The position numbers and the translations under genes are program-made. Of a stretch of 38,885 nucleotides of DNA, positions 14,777 to 22,897 are shown piece after piece. The DNA is taken from IMG/VR virus record IMGVR_UViG_3300033144_001637, positions 1-38,885 of that record; one strand, 5' to 3'. Origin of the DNA: a virus. Each line of letters starts with the position of its first letter. Position 1 is the stretch's first letter. The notes beneath the pieces were generated by a model. The model was not told the origin of the DNA. It saw nothing but the letters and a program-made list of their open reading frames with translations, and did not search any database.

Positions 14777-15348
14777 TGTCTAAGAATGAATTTACAAACG
14801 AGTGGTATATAGCGTATATGGCGAAACGTAGGTTGGAGAAAAACCCCATGTATGGTGTTGACAATGAGGGGCAGGTTGTTCTTATTGGCCCAGAGGATAT
14901 CCCAGAGCTCTCCACTCCAGGCCCGGAGAAAGCCCTTCAACAAAAGGTCCAGGACTATTGCAAAGAAAACGGATGGCCCTGCTTTCATGATCGGAGCAAG
15001 AAGGTCAACACTCCTGGATGGCCGGACTGTTTTATCTTTTTACCAGGCATGGGGGAAGCAACGGCTTACAAGATAGCAGCTCATTGTTTAACACCCATTG
15101 AACACGAAATAGAACCACATAAAGGACAGCAGATTGCCGACAAGATTGTGGCGCAGCTAAGGGGAAAGGGAAAGGTGGTTCTCATAGAATTGAAATCTGA
15201 GTCCGGGACCTTTCGGAAGGAACAGAAAGAGCTTAGGCTGATACTGTACCGGCTGGGACATAAGGTTTATAGCGCCAGGTCGTTTAAGAGAGTAGTCGAA
15301 ATTATTGAATGGGAAAGGGAGGATAAAGGTGGCTACGATAATGGTTAA
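14776..15348 (+). CDS. VRR-NUC-type PD-(D/E)XK nuclease
   Basis: LQQKVQDYCKENGW ... GWPDCFIF ... VVLIELKSESGTFRKEQKE ... LGHKVYSARS matches the VRR-NUC layout (PD ... E-x-K ... Q). A roughly 45-aa insert sits between the PD and ExK motifs. Confidence 0.55.
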   Translation: MSKNEFTNEWYIAYMAKRRLEKNPMYGVDNEGQVVLIGPEDIPELSTPGPEKALQQKVQDYCKENGWPCFHDRSKKVNTPGWPDCFIFLPGMGEATAYKIAAHCLTPIEHEIEPHKGQQIADKIVAQLRGKGKVVLIELKSESGTFRKEQKELRLILYRLGHKVYSARSFKRVVEIIEWEREDKGGYDNG

Positions 15349-15706
15349 AATACGCTCATTGTCCATAGGATTGATCCTGATAGCGATCGGGGGGTGTATT
15401 CATACCGACCCCTGGACTAAGACGGACAAGGCCATGGAGGGGGTTTATATGGCCTTACACGCTATGGACTGGAATCAGACCCGGAACGCAGATTGGGATA
15501 AATTCTACGAAAAGAACCCTATCCTGGGGTCAGCCCCAAGCAAGCTCAAGACGGATCTCTATTTCTTAACCACAGGGCTCTTACACCCACTTGTCACCCA
15601 TATCCTGCCTCAGGAGTGGCGGGTGTATTGGCAGTCAATCACAATCGGAATGGAGGTCTATACAGTGGGGAATAATTTCAGGATCGGGATGGGGTTTGGT
15701 TTTTGA
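15341..15706 (+). CDS. Lipoprotein (hypothetical)
   Basis: I prefer the ATG at 15341. MVKIRSLSIGLILIAIGGC has a lipobox-like IGGC. No known domain recognised. Confidence 0.5.
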   Translation: MVKIRSLSIGLILIAIGGCIHTDPWTKTDKAMEGVYMALHAMDWNQTRNADWDKFYEKNPILGSAPSKLKTDLYFLTTGLLHPLVTHILPQEWRVYWQSITIGMEVYTVGNNFRIGMGFGF

Positions 15707-15733
15707 CCCCAATTAAGGGGCCAGGGGTAAGGG

Positions 15734-15871
15734 TTAGGCCTTATTGCTCTCCACGACTCTCCAGAGAACGTCTATAATCAACCGTCTAATCGTGATGTCC
15801 TTCCGGGCTGCCAGGGTCTTAACCCTTCGCCACAGCACCAGATCAATGTTTCTTAGGAGATATGTTTTCAT
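15734..15871 (-). CDS. Ribbon-helix-helix (Arc/CopG-like) DNA-binding protein, 45 aa, not in the ORF track
   Basis: ATGA overlap with the upstream stop and a GGGAGGAATC SD. MKTYLLRNIDLVLWRRVKTLAARKDITIRRLIIDVLWRVVESNKA fits the RHH pattern: a beta-strand followed by two helices. Confidence 0.5.
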   Translation of the reverse strand: MKTYLLRNIDLVLWRRVKTLAARKDITIRRLIIDVLWRVVESNKA

Positions 15872-16197
15872 GATTCCTCCCATATCTTCCACTTATCCGT
15901 CCCTATTGGGGCGATTGCGCTACAGTGGTTACATCGTTTAAACGTGACGAAACACATCTGACCGTCAGGCCCCACCGGCTTCCTAATCATGCTCCAGTCT
16001 TCATGCTTACAAGCCAGGTGCGCCGTAACCCGCTGCTTCCCCTCGAACTCAACGATCTTTCGGATGATTCGCATTTCCGGGTAGTTTAAGCCCCACATAC
16101 CCCAATGACTCAAGGTGTCTAAAGAACTGGCAATGTCTTCAAGATCCTTGTCGGACATCAGCTTTAAGCTGTTTTCCCATTCTATTAACTTAGGCAT
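15868..16197 (-). CDS. Hypothetical protein
   Basis: 109-codon ORF coupled to the upstream gene by TAATG. No recognisable motif. Confidence 0.5.
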   Translation of the reverse strand: MPKLIEWENSLKLMSDKDLEDIASSLDTLSHWGMWGLNYPEMRIIRKIVEFEGKQRVTAHLACKHEDWSMIRKPVGPDGQMCFVTFKRCNHCSAIAPIGTDKWKIWEES

Positions 16198-16433
16198 TAC
16201 ACTAACCCCCTTTCGAGTAATTTTGTTCGTGGATGTCCAAACTTCCCCATGAAATGATCGCGCCCCGCTTCATACTTGTGGTGGCAAGAATTACAACGTA
16301 ATCCTGTAATTTTACCAGACTTATCAAGTAAGTTTTTTCGGTCAAGCACATTTAATTTAATTGGCTTGTTGCATCCAGGCTCACAACATACAACGCTCAA
16401 CGATATTTTATTAAACGGATACGGTTTTTTCAT
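16197..16433 (-). CDS. Small zinc-ribbon protein
   Basis: I prefer the ATG at 16433 (MKKPYPFN), which has a TAATG overlap with the upstream gene. Two Cys pairs are present (CCEPGC ... CNSCHH). Confidence 0.5.
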   Translation of the reverse strand: MKKPYPFNKISLSVVCCEPGCNKPIKLNVLDRKNLLDKSGKITGLRCNSCHHKYEAGRDHFMGKFGHPRTKLLERGLV

Positions 16434-16594
16434 TACACTAACCCCCTTTCGATCAACATATTCGCGGTGCGGCCATAATGACCCTGTAACTCCCATGCCA
16501 GCCCGGACTCAATCAAGTCCTGGAAGAACTCAATCGTGTCCTCTTCTGACATTTCCCCGTTCTCGTACTCAATGATCTGCTCTATTGCGGTCAT
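16433..16594 (-). CDS. Small acidic protein (53 aa), not in the ORF track
   Basis: AAGGAGAAAAAACC-ATG at 16594. The translation is MTAIEQIIEYENGEMSEEDTIEFFQDLIESGLAWELQGHYGRTANMLIERGLV. It is the first gene of the short leftward operon. Confidence 0.5.
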   Translation of the reverse strand: MTAIEQIIEYENGEMSEEDTIEFFQDLIESGLAWELQGHYGRTANMLIERGLV

Positions 16595-16643
16595 GGTTTT
16601 TTCTCCTTGTGTTAGTGGTTAGCGGGTTACGAACTGTATATCT

Positions 16644-16672
16644 TTATAACTAAGATAACACCCCCCTGTCAA
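16644..16672 (-). promoter_or_regulatory. Leftward sigma70-type promoter for the 16594->15734 operon
   Basis: On the minus strand: TTGACA (16672..16667), a 17-nt spacer, then TTATAA (16649..16644). Confidence 0.45.
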
Positions 16673-16817
16673 CCCCAGAATAACGCCAGATTCAGCAAGC
16701 TAACGGAGTTATGGGGCCACAGCTAACTCCAGAGAACTAAGATCAGCCATTTCCTAAGATTTCCTTCGATTACACCCCTTCACGCCACTAAATAAGCCCT
16801 CTAACGTAATTAAAAAC

Positions 16818-16846
16818 TTGACAGCGTTAAAATATAATGCTACACA
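16818..16846 (+). promoter_or_regulatory. Possible rightward promoter for the packaging/structural block
   Basis: TTGACA (16818..16823), a 17-nt spacer ending in TG, then TACACA (16841..16846). A TATAAT at 16833 is too close to the -35 (9 nt). This is a weak call. Confidence 0.3.
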
Positions 16847-16933
16847 ACAGATGTTTATCTTTTCCTCCTTGTAGTGGCTCCGGGTAGTCTGCGGGGGCTC
16901 CCGGAGTCCAACCTCCCGCAATTACAAGAGAAA

Positions 16934-17161
16934 ATGAAGACAGCACTGTTAAGCGCAATCGTGATTCTATCATGGGTCGGAGGTTACAACGAGCCGAACC
17001 AATACCAGGTCAACCACGAAACCCAATTCCCAGCCGCTAATCAATTCTACATCGATGACTTTAACAGGACGCAAAGAAACACCAGGGGTATTGTTATCCC
17101 TGGAGCTTATAGTTATGATCCAGCCTGGGTTATCTCAGAAGAGCCGAGGATAGACTTCTAA
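16934..17161 (+). CDS. Small secreted/membrane protein (hypothetical)
   Basis: I prefer the ATG at 16934 (MKTALLSAIVILSWVGG, a hydrophobic N-terminus) over the track GTG at 16874. Confidence 0.4.
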   Translation: MKTALLSAIVILSWVGGYNEPNQYQVNHETQFPAANQFYIDDFNRTQRNTRGIVIPGAYSYDPAWVISEEPRIDF

Positions 17162-17601
17162 TGGCAGGTGGAAGACCTACAAAATACCGTAAAGAATATT
17201 GCGAGACGATTATACCTCTAATGGCCGAGGGAATGGCTAAGGTTGAGGTATGCGCGAAATTAGGCATAGATTACAATACGTTCATGTCTTGGCAGGATAA
17301 ACACCCTAAGTTTTTCTTATCCGTAAAAAAAGGGGATAAACTTTCTAAGGCCTGGTGGATGAAGCAAGGACGCATTGCTTTACGGGATGGCACATTCAAC
17401 TCAACGCTATGGTACATGAACATGAAGAACCGCCACGGCTGGGCCGATAAGAAGGAAGTTAAGGTCGCTGGAGCCCTGGATCTCAACGTGAACGAGATGT
17501 CAGAAGAGCGTAAGGCGGAGCTTAAAGAGATTGCGAAGATAAGGTCAGAGATGGCTATTAAGGCATTAAGGGAGAAGGATGGCGAAGCTGACGCAAAATA
17601 G
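17161..17601 (+). CDS. terS: Terminase small subunit
   Basis: The N-terminal HTH pattern is GGRPTKYRKEYCETIIPLMAEGMAKVEVCAKLGIDYNTFMSWQDKHPKF, followed by FNSTLWYMNMKNRHGWADK. This pattern is typical of phage terS. It lies upstream of terL. Confidence 0.75.
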   Translation: MAGGRPTKYRKEYCETIIPLMAEGMAKVEVCAKLGIDYNTFMSWQDKHPKFFLSVKKGDKLSKAWWMKQGRIALRDGTFNSTLWYMNMKNRHGWADKKEVKVAGALDLNVNEMSEERKAELKEIAKIRSEMAIKALREKDGEADAK

Positions 17602-18106
17602 GCTCAGACATTTTTTGAATTATAACCCTGGAACGGGAGTGTTTACCTGGAAGGTTTCAAGGGGTGGTGTCAAGGTTGGCTCACAAGCTGGAGACGTTAA
17701 AGCATCCGGGTATAGATACATTGCCGTGTCCGGTAAAAGGTATCTTGCCTCCCGGTTAGCCTGGTTGTTTATGGAAGGATATTTCCCTGAGCATGAAATG
17801 GATCATATTAATCGGTTTCGGGATGATAACAGATGGGAGAACCTTCGCCACGTCACGAAACAATGTAACGCAAGGAACAGCAAGAGGCTTAACACTAACA
17901 CCAGCGGGATCACCGGGGTTTCTTGGCATAAGAAAACTGGCAAATGGAGAGCTTCAGCGGTTATAGATGGGGAACCAAAACACCTTGGTCTTTTCAGGTC
18001 TTTCATTAATGCAGTCAAGGCACGATGGCAAGCCGAAGTAGAACATGGTTGGCCTGGCTGTAATAGCCACACGGATGCTTTTTGCTATTTGCATGGAGAG
18101 GGGTAA
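17579..18106 (+). CDS. HNH homing endonuclease with an AP2 domain (copy 2), inserted between terS and terL
   Basis: DHINRFRDDNRWENLRHVTKQCNARN (HNH) and SGITGVSWHKKTGKWRASAVIDGEPKHLGLF (AP2). It overlaps the terS end by 23 nt and the terL start region. Confidence 0.8.
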   Translation: MAKLTQNRLRHFLNYNPGTGVFTWKVSRGGVKVGSQAGDVKASGYRYIAVSGKRYLASRLAWLFMEGYFPEHEMDHINRFRDDNRWENLRHVTKQCNARNSKRLNTNTSGITGVSWHKKTGKWRASAVIDGEPKHLGLFRSFINAVKARWQAEVEHGWPGCNSHTDAFCYLHGEG

Positions 18107-19715
18107 TTTGACAGCGCAATCACAAACTGAGCCAACCCCCGAAGAGATAGCGGCCTTAGATGCTTGGTATTGGGCTTGGTTCAATAAGATCCGGCTTCAG
18201 GCCAGTGTTTACACGCTGCAGGGCCATGAATGGCAAATCAAACCCATGGAGTCAGACCATAAGCACCGAGTTGGTAAGAAGGCTGCCCAGCTTGGATGGT
18301 CAGAGATGGAGGTCCTTAGAACTATCCACGGAATGATATATGGGAAGTATCCTTCAGGCTGTCTTTACCTGTTCCCCACTGGAGACGATGTGTCAGACTT
18401 CTCTAAAGCCCGTTTCAATCCCCTCATAGCAGACAATCCTCGAACCATTGGCAAGTACGTCCAGTCCACAGACTCCACTAACATTAAGCGGATCGGATCT
18501 GGGATGCTGTATCTCCGTGGTGCGCGCCTATCATCCGTAATCGAAGGGATGAAGAAGGATAGCTCGAAACTACGCTCCATTCCGGTTGACAAGATCGTGC
18601 TTGATGAGAGAGATCTTATGGACTCCAAGGCCGTTGATATGGCTATGGAGCGTATGAGCCACAGCAAGGTCCAGGAATATGCGTCCTTCTCAACGCCTAC
18701 GGTCCCGGACTTCGGAGTTGATAAGGAGTATCAGGAGTCAAACCAGCAAGTTTGGATGATTAAGTGCCGAAAGTGTAATACATACACCTGCTTAGAGACA
18801 GAGTTCCCGGAGTGCGTAGGTGATAATGGGTTAAGACTTTGTAAGAAGTGTCGTCAAGAGATCTTTCCCATGGATGGCGAGTGGGTGGCTAAGTACCCGG
18901 ACCGGATGGGGTCCGAAGGCTACTGGCTAAGTCAACTCAACTCCGCCTACATTGATCCTGGTCAGATCCTCAGGCTCTACAATGATCCCCCGGAGGGTAA
19001 CATTCAGGAAGTCTACAACTCTAAGCTGGGTATGGCTTACATAGCCGCCGAGAATAAGCTCACCAGGAATGATGTCTATGCCACCTGCGGTCAGGAAGTC
19101 ATGAGAACAAGCGCACCTGGGCCTTGTGCTATGGGTGTGGATGTGGGCAAGACTCTCAACGTCGTGATCGGAGGGAAGCCTGGTCATGATCGTAGGCAGA
19201 TCCTCAAGATGGCGAGGGTTAGCTCCTTCCAGGATCTTCACGACTTAGCCATACGCTTCAACGTGAAGTGTGCGGTCCTTGATATCGAACCTGAGACCAG
19301 GGCAGCCAGGGACTTCCAAGATAATGAGCCTTACGAGGTATGGCTATGTGATTACACGGACAACCCCGGAACCTCTCTAAGATGGAGGGAGGACAACCGG
19401 ACGATCATGGCCTTCAGGACGGAAGCCTTAGACGTGGTTCACAACCTCGTTACAAAGGAAGGTCTCCTGGAGATCCCCCGGATGTGTGATGAGGTAGAGG
19501 AATATGCAAGCCAGATGTCTAACATCGCTAAGGTGCTGGAAGAGGACAAGGAGACAGGTGGCCGTAAGTATCGATACCGTAAGCTGGGTGCTGACCACTA
19601 TTTTCATACGACCGCTTACTTCTGCCTTGCTGCCAAGAGGATCGGTATTATGAAGGACTCGTTTCACGTTAACAAGACGGCTTCAATAGCCAAGACTGAG
19701 TTTGAGGTAATATGA
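18093..19715 (+). CDS. terL: Terminase large subunit
   Basis: A Walker-A-like RVGKKAAQLGWSE, a DE-type Walker B (IVLDERD), an internal Cys4 ribbon (CRKCNTYTC...CKKCRQ) and a C-terminal nuclease-like region (AVLDIEPE ... GADHYFH). The start is uncertain: ATG 18093, or the track start at 18045. Confidence 0.75.
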   Translation: MERGNLTAQSQTEPTPEEIAALDAWYWAWFNKIRLQASVYTLQGHEWQIKPMESDHKHRVGKKAAQLGWSEMEVLRTIHGMIYGKYPSGCLYLFPTGDDVSDFSKARFNPLIADNPRTIGKYVQSTDSTNIKRIGSGMLYLRGARLSSVIEGMKKDSSKLRSIPVDKIVLDERDLMDSKAVDMAMERMSHSKVQEYASFSTPTVPDFGVDKEYQESNQQVWMIKCRKCNTYTCLETEFPECVGDNGLRLCKKCRQEIFPMDGEWVAKYPDRMGSEGYWLSQLNSAYIDPGQILRLYNDPPEGNIQEVYNSKLGMAYIAAENKLTRNDVYATCGQEVMRTSAPGPCAMGVDVGKTLNVVIGGKPGHDRRQILKMARVSSFQDLHDLAIRFNVKCAVLDIEPETRAARDFQDNEPYEVWLCDYTDNPGTSLRWREDNRTIMAFRTEALDVVHNLVTKEGLLEIPRMCDEVEEYASQMSNIAKVLEEDKETGGRKYRYRKLGADHYFHTTAYFCLAAKRIGIMKDSFHVNKTASIAKTEFEVI

Positions 19716-19969
19716 TGAAATTAATAGAGATGAGCCTTGTATGTTTCGGTGGTGGCGGTTACACTCCCCCTCCACCTCCTGCTGTTCCAACCGAGGATGA
19801 TCCTGCGGTCAAGGCGGCTGCTGAGGATGCAGCTAAGAAGGAGAAGGATCTTGCCCGGAAGCGTAAGGGCCGGAGATCCACGATCTTAACGAGTGGCCTG
19901 GGGCTGTCTGGAGAGGCTTCTACTAAGTACGGACAGCTAACGGGCGGCAAGACTAAGCTGGGGCAATGA
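19712..19969 (+). CDS. Small virion-module protein (hypothetical)
   Basis: 85-aa ORF ATGA-coupled to terL. It has a Pro-rich stretch, then RKRKGRRSTILTSGLGL, a motif commonly seen in small phage proteins next to portal genes. Confidence 0.5.
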   Translation: MMKLIEMSLVCFGGGGYTPPPPPAVPTEDDPAVKAAAEDAAKKEKDLARKRKGRRSTILTSGLGLSGEASTKYGQLTGGKTKLGQ

Positions 19970-20094
19970 AAGGAGAAGCTATTAAAAAAGGTGGGTTTGC
20001 GCTACCTCAGCCAGGTGGTCCAGGGAGCCGTTTAACGATGGAGGCATTACGGAAGGCTATAGAAATTATAAGAGGAACGAAACATGAACGGTAA
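19966..20094 (+). CDS. Possible 42-aa ORF bridging to the portal gene
   Basis: It has an ATGA overlap with the upstream stop and ends 11 nt inside the portal ORF. The translation is MKGEAIKKGGFALPQPGGPGSRLTMEALRKAIEIIRGTKHER. No independent support. Confidence 0.2.
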   Translation: MKGEAIKKGGFALPQPGGPGSRLTMEALRKAIEIIRGTKHER

Positions 20095-21727
20095 AGAGCT
20101 ATGTAAAGTCAATGACAATCTCAAGGAGGCCCGGTCTAACTGGGACAGCACTTGGCAAGAGATAGCGGATAACATTGTCTTTAGAAAGACCAGCATCGTT
20201 GGCACGTCTGAGGCTGGGACTAAGAGAACGCAAAAGATGTTTGACTCAACCGCTACCATGGCCGCGCAGGACTTAGCAGCCTGGATATCCGGTAATCTAA
20301 CGTCCGGGGAATGGTTCAGGCTGAAGATGGGAGGCGGTTCTAAGGAAGTCAAGGAGTACCAGGAGTGGCTTGAAGAGGCCAGGAAGATCCAGCATGAGGC
20401 CTTTAGAGATAGCAACTTTAGCAGCGAGTGGAACGAGGTTCTCCTGGATTTGGTACAGTTCAATACCGGGGCCTTCCACGTTGAAGAGAACGAGCTTACC
20501 TCTTCCGGGTTTAATGGGTTCAACTTCATTCCCATGCCTCCTGGGTCGTACTGTGTGATGCTGGGACGGAACAGGAGGGCTCAGGGGATCTTCAGGGAAC
20601 TTAAACTACAAGCTCATGAGGTTATCGAACGATGGCCGGACAAGGCCAGCGACGAGATCCAGAAGAGTGCGGAGAAGGACCCTGCGAAGCTCCATGACTT
20701 CCTTCAGGCCTGTTTCCCTCAAGAATGGTTCGGGGGTAAGCATAGGGTTAAATCTAAGCCCTTCGTGTCCTACTATGTGGATGTTAAGGCTAAGACCTTA
20801 ATGCAAGAGGGGGGCTATTTCTGGTTTCCCTTCTTCGTGATCCCATGGCTGCGGGAGAGTGGTGAGGACTATGGCCGGGGTCCTGGGTGGACCTCCTTAC
20901 CGGATGTCAAAACTATCCATAAAGCCAGTGAGTTAGCCCTGAAGGAATGGGCCTTAACCATAGCACCGCCGCTATTGATCCAGGACAACGGAGTTATAGG
21001 ATCAGTGCGTATGACCCCTTTCGGGCTTACAGTAGTTAAGGATGTTGATAAGAGCCTGAAACCCCTGAATACCGGAGCCAGGTTCTCCGACAATAGGATT
21101 AAAAAGGAAGACCTTAGAGCGTCCATCCGGGAGATCTTCCACGGAGACAAGGTTAAGTTCATCCCTCCAAGAGAGCAGACCGGGCAAATGACCGCGCATG
21201 AGGTTGAGCGCCGGTATCAGATGGCTCAAGTCTTATTGGGGCCGACCTTTGGCAACATCGTGGACCATGGCTTTGATCCCTTGATTGAGACCACGTTCAA
21301 TATGATGTACACAGCCGGGGCCTTCCCTGATCCTCCAGGAGGATTAGCCGAGCTTATAGCCAAAGAAGGGGAGAACGTAGGGGTTGAGTATGAGTCCCCG
21401 CTTGCCAGGGCTCAAAGGGTCCAGGAGTTAGATTCTATCGTGGGGACCATTGCGCAGACCATGGCCCTCACCGAGGCTAAGCCGGACATTATGGATAACA
21501 TTAAACTGGACGAAACTGTGGTGTATGTGGCGAAGGCTAAGGGCTTCCCGGCCAAGCTCCTTAATGATGAAGGCGAAAGGGATGAGATCCGTAAAGGTAG
21601 GGCCGACGCTCAGGCTAAGGCACAGGAGGCCGAGAAAGCTGCGCTATTGGCTAAGGCCGCTAAGGATGGAGCCGGAGCTATGAGGGATATGCCAGCGGGG
21701 GTTATGGAGGGATTAGCCGGTCAATGA
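20084..21727 (+). CDS. Portal (head-to-tail connector) protein, podovirus type
   Basis: 547 aa. The N-terminal RSNWDSTWQEIADNIVFRK ... MFDSTATMAAQDLAAWISGNLTSGEWFRL matches the T7-type connector N-terminal pattern. It sits after terL. Confidence 0.75.
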   Translation: MNGKELCKVNDNLKEARSNWDSTWQEIADNIVFRKTSIVGTSEAGTKRTQKMFDSTATMAAQDLAAWISGNLTSGEWFRLKMGGGSKEVKEYQEWLEEARKIQHEAFRDSNFSSEWNEVLLDLVQFNTGAFHVEENELTSSGFNGFNFIPMPPGSYCVMLGRNRRAQGIFRELKLQAHEVIERWPDKASDEIQKSAEKDPAKLHDFLQACFPQEWFGGKHRVKSKPFVSYYVDVKAKTLMQEGGYFWFPFFVIPWLRESGEDYGRGPGWTSLPDVKTIHKASELALKEWALTIAPPLLIQDNGVIGSVRMTPFGLTVVKDVDKSLKPLNTGARFSDNRIKKEDLRASIREIFHGDKVKFIPPREQTGQMTAHEVERRYQMAQVLLGPTFGNIVDHGFDPLIETTFNMMYTAGAFPDPPGGLAELIAKEGENVGVEYESPLARAQRVQELDSIVGTIAQTMALTEAKPDIMDNIKLDETVVYVAKAKGFPAKLLNDEGERDEIRKGRADAQAKAQEAEKAALLAKAAKDGAGAMRDMPAGVMEGLAGQ

Positions 21728-22017
21728 GAAAACAACAATCAAAATTCATGCTACTTTTAAGCCATTTAATCCTCCATGCTTACGGCCAGGGCTATGAGCT
21801 TACAGGCGGTGATTTGTGGGCCAGGAGCGGCCATATGAAGAATAGTCTCCATTATGATCGGCTGGCTATCGACCTTAACTTGTTTAAGGATGGGGTGTAC
21901 CTCACACTAACTGAGGACCACCGTTTCCTTGGAGAGTATTGGAACTCCTTAGACCCTGATTGCAGGTGGGGTGGTCAGTTTAACGATGGAAACCATTATG
22001 AGATGTTGAAGCCATGA
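21724..22017 (+). CDS. Zinc peptidase M15 family (D-Ala-D-Ala / L-Ala-D-Glu peptidase), probable endolysin
   Basis: SLHYDRLAIDL (H-x6-D) and DGNHYE (the second His ligand), with the GGDLWAR and WGGQF context typical of M15 phage peptidases. 97 aa. Confidence 0.7.
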   Translation: MRKQQSKFMLLLSHLILHAYGQGYELTGGDLWARSGHMKNSLHYDRLAIDLNLFKDGVYLTLTEDHRFLGEYWNSLDPDCRWGGQFNDGNHYEMLKP

Positions 22018-22265
22018 GACGACAACAACGCAGAGCCTTAGAGCGAAAGGAAACCAAGATGAGTAATGACAAAATACCAAGTATAGGGCCTGGAGGGATT
22101 ATCCCCTCGGCCATTAAGAACATTGTAGGCGACGATGCTCTTAGGGAAAAGAAGTGCCTTGTCGAAGTTAACCAGATCCTTCAGCGGTACGACTGTGTGT
22201 TGGTCCCTAAGTTGGTTCCTCAGGTTGCGATAACCGCAATTCCAAGGGGGCCGTTAAATGGCTGA
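22014..22265 (+). CDS. Hypothetical protein
   Basis: 83-codon ORF, ATGA-coupled on its upstream side. Confidence 0.45.
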   Translation: MRRQQRRALERKETKMSNDKIPSIGPGGIIPSAIKNIVGDDALREKKCLVEVNQILQRYDCVLVPKLVPQVAITAIPRGPLNG

Positions 22266-22545
22266 AGACTCTAAAGCCCTCCAGAAGAGGCAGGAGAAGG
22301 AATATAAGAAGCGCCTTGGCGATTACCTTGCTACCTTCACGTCGGCGCATGGTAGGCGGGTCCTGAAGGATATGAGGCGGTCTTATTGTGGAAGCATTGT
22401 TCCAGGTGAGTTACCAGAGTTTGCCTTTGCCCTTGGGAAGCGCCAAGTCGTTAAGGATATTGAGGTCATGCTTATTGCAGGCAAGAACCCTCAAGCGATT
22501 GAAGATTTGTTTAGGAACCCGGAAGATGATGGATTCACCTTTTAA
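22258..22545 (+). CDS. Hypothetical protein (Bbp19-like)
   Basis: HGRRVLKDMRR ... LGKRQVVKDIEVML resembles a small conserved phage family found near head genes. Confidence 0.4.
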   Translation: MAEDSKALQKRQEKEYKKRLGDYLATFTSAHGRRVLKDMRRSYCGSIVPGELPEFAFALGKRQVVKDIEVMLIAGKNPQAIEDLFRNPEDDGFTF

Positions 22546-22562
22546 CATGAAAGGAATATGAG

Positions 22563-22883
22563 ATGGAAAAAACATTACACAATTCAGATGTTTCAGGAGC
22601 GCACGACAATGTAGGTGACTTGGAGGTTTTTGGCTATGGCGATATGTTCCGGCTTCTTTGCAAGGCCAGTTCAAAGGAAGAGGGTTGGATGAAGTCAACG
22701 AAGGCAATGGAGATCCCTGGAGTGGGTTGTGTTGTTCAGGTTACAACTCAACAAGGGGATAACGTCGCCGAAGCGGTTTGCTTTGTCCCTGGGGTTATGA
22801 TTGCTGATACTGAAGAAGGAGGCCAGGGTCGGATGTTAGCACCCATATTCAATGAAATAGGGCGGAGAATCAATCCGTCATAA
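22563..22883 (+). CDS. Hypothetical protein
   Basis: 106-codon ORF in the head-gene block. The GWMKSTKAMEIPGVGCVVQVTTQQG segment looks like a conserved small phage domain. Confidence 0.45.
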   Translation: MEKTLHNSDVSGAHDNVGDLEVFGYGDMFRLLCKASSKEEGWMKSTKAMEIPGVGCVVQVTTQQGDNVAEAVCFVPGVMIADTEEGGQGRMLAPIFNEIGRRINPS

Positions 22884-22897
22884 CGAAAGGAGCTTAA

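Noticed and set aside
20047-20535. 162-aa minus-strand ORF over the portal start, and 177-aa minus-strand ORF 22748..23281 over the scaffold gene.
   Set aside because: They are opposite well-supported structural genes, with no motifs and no SD.
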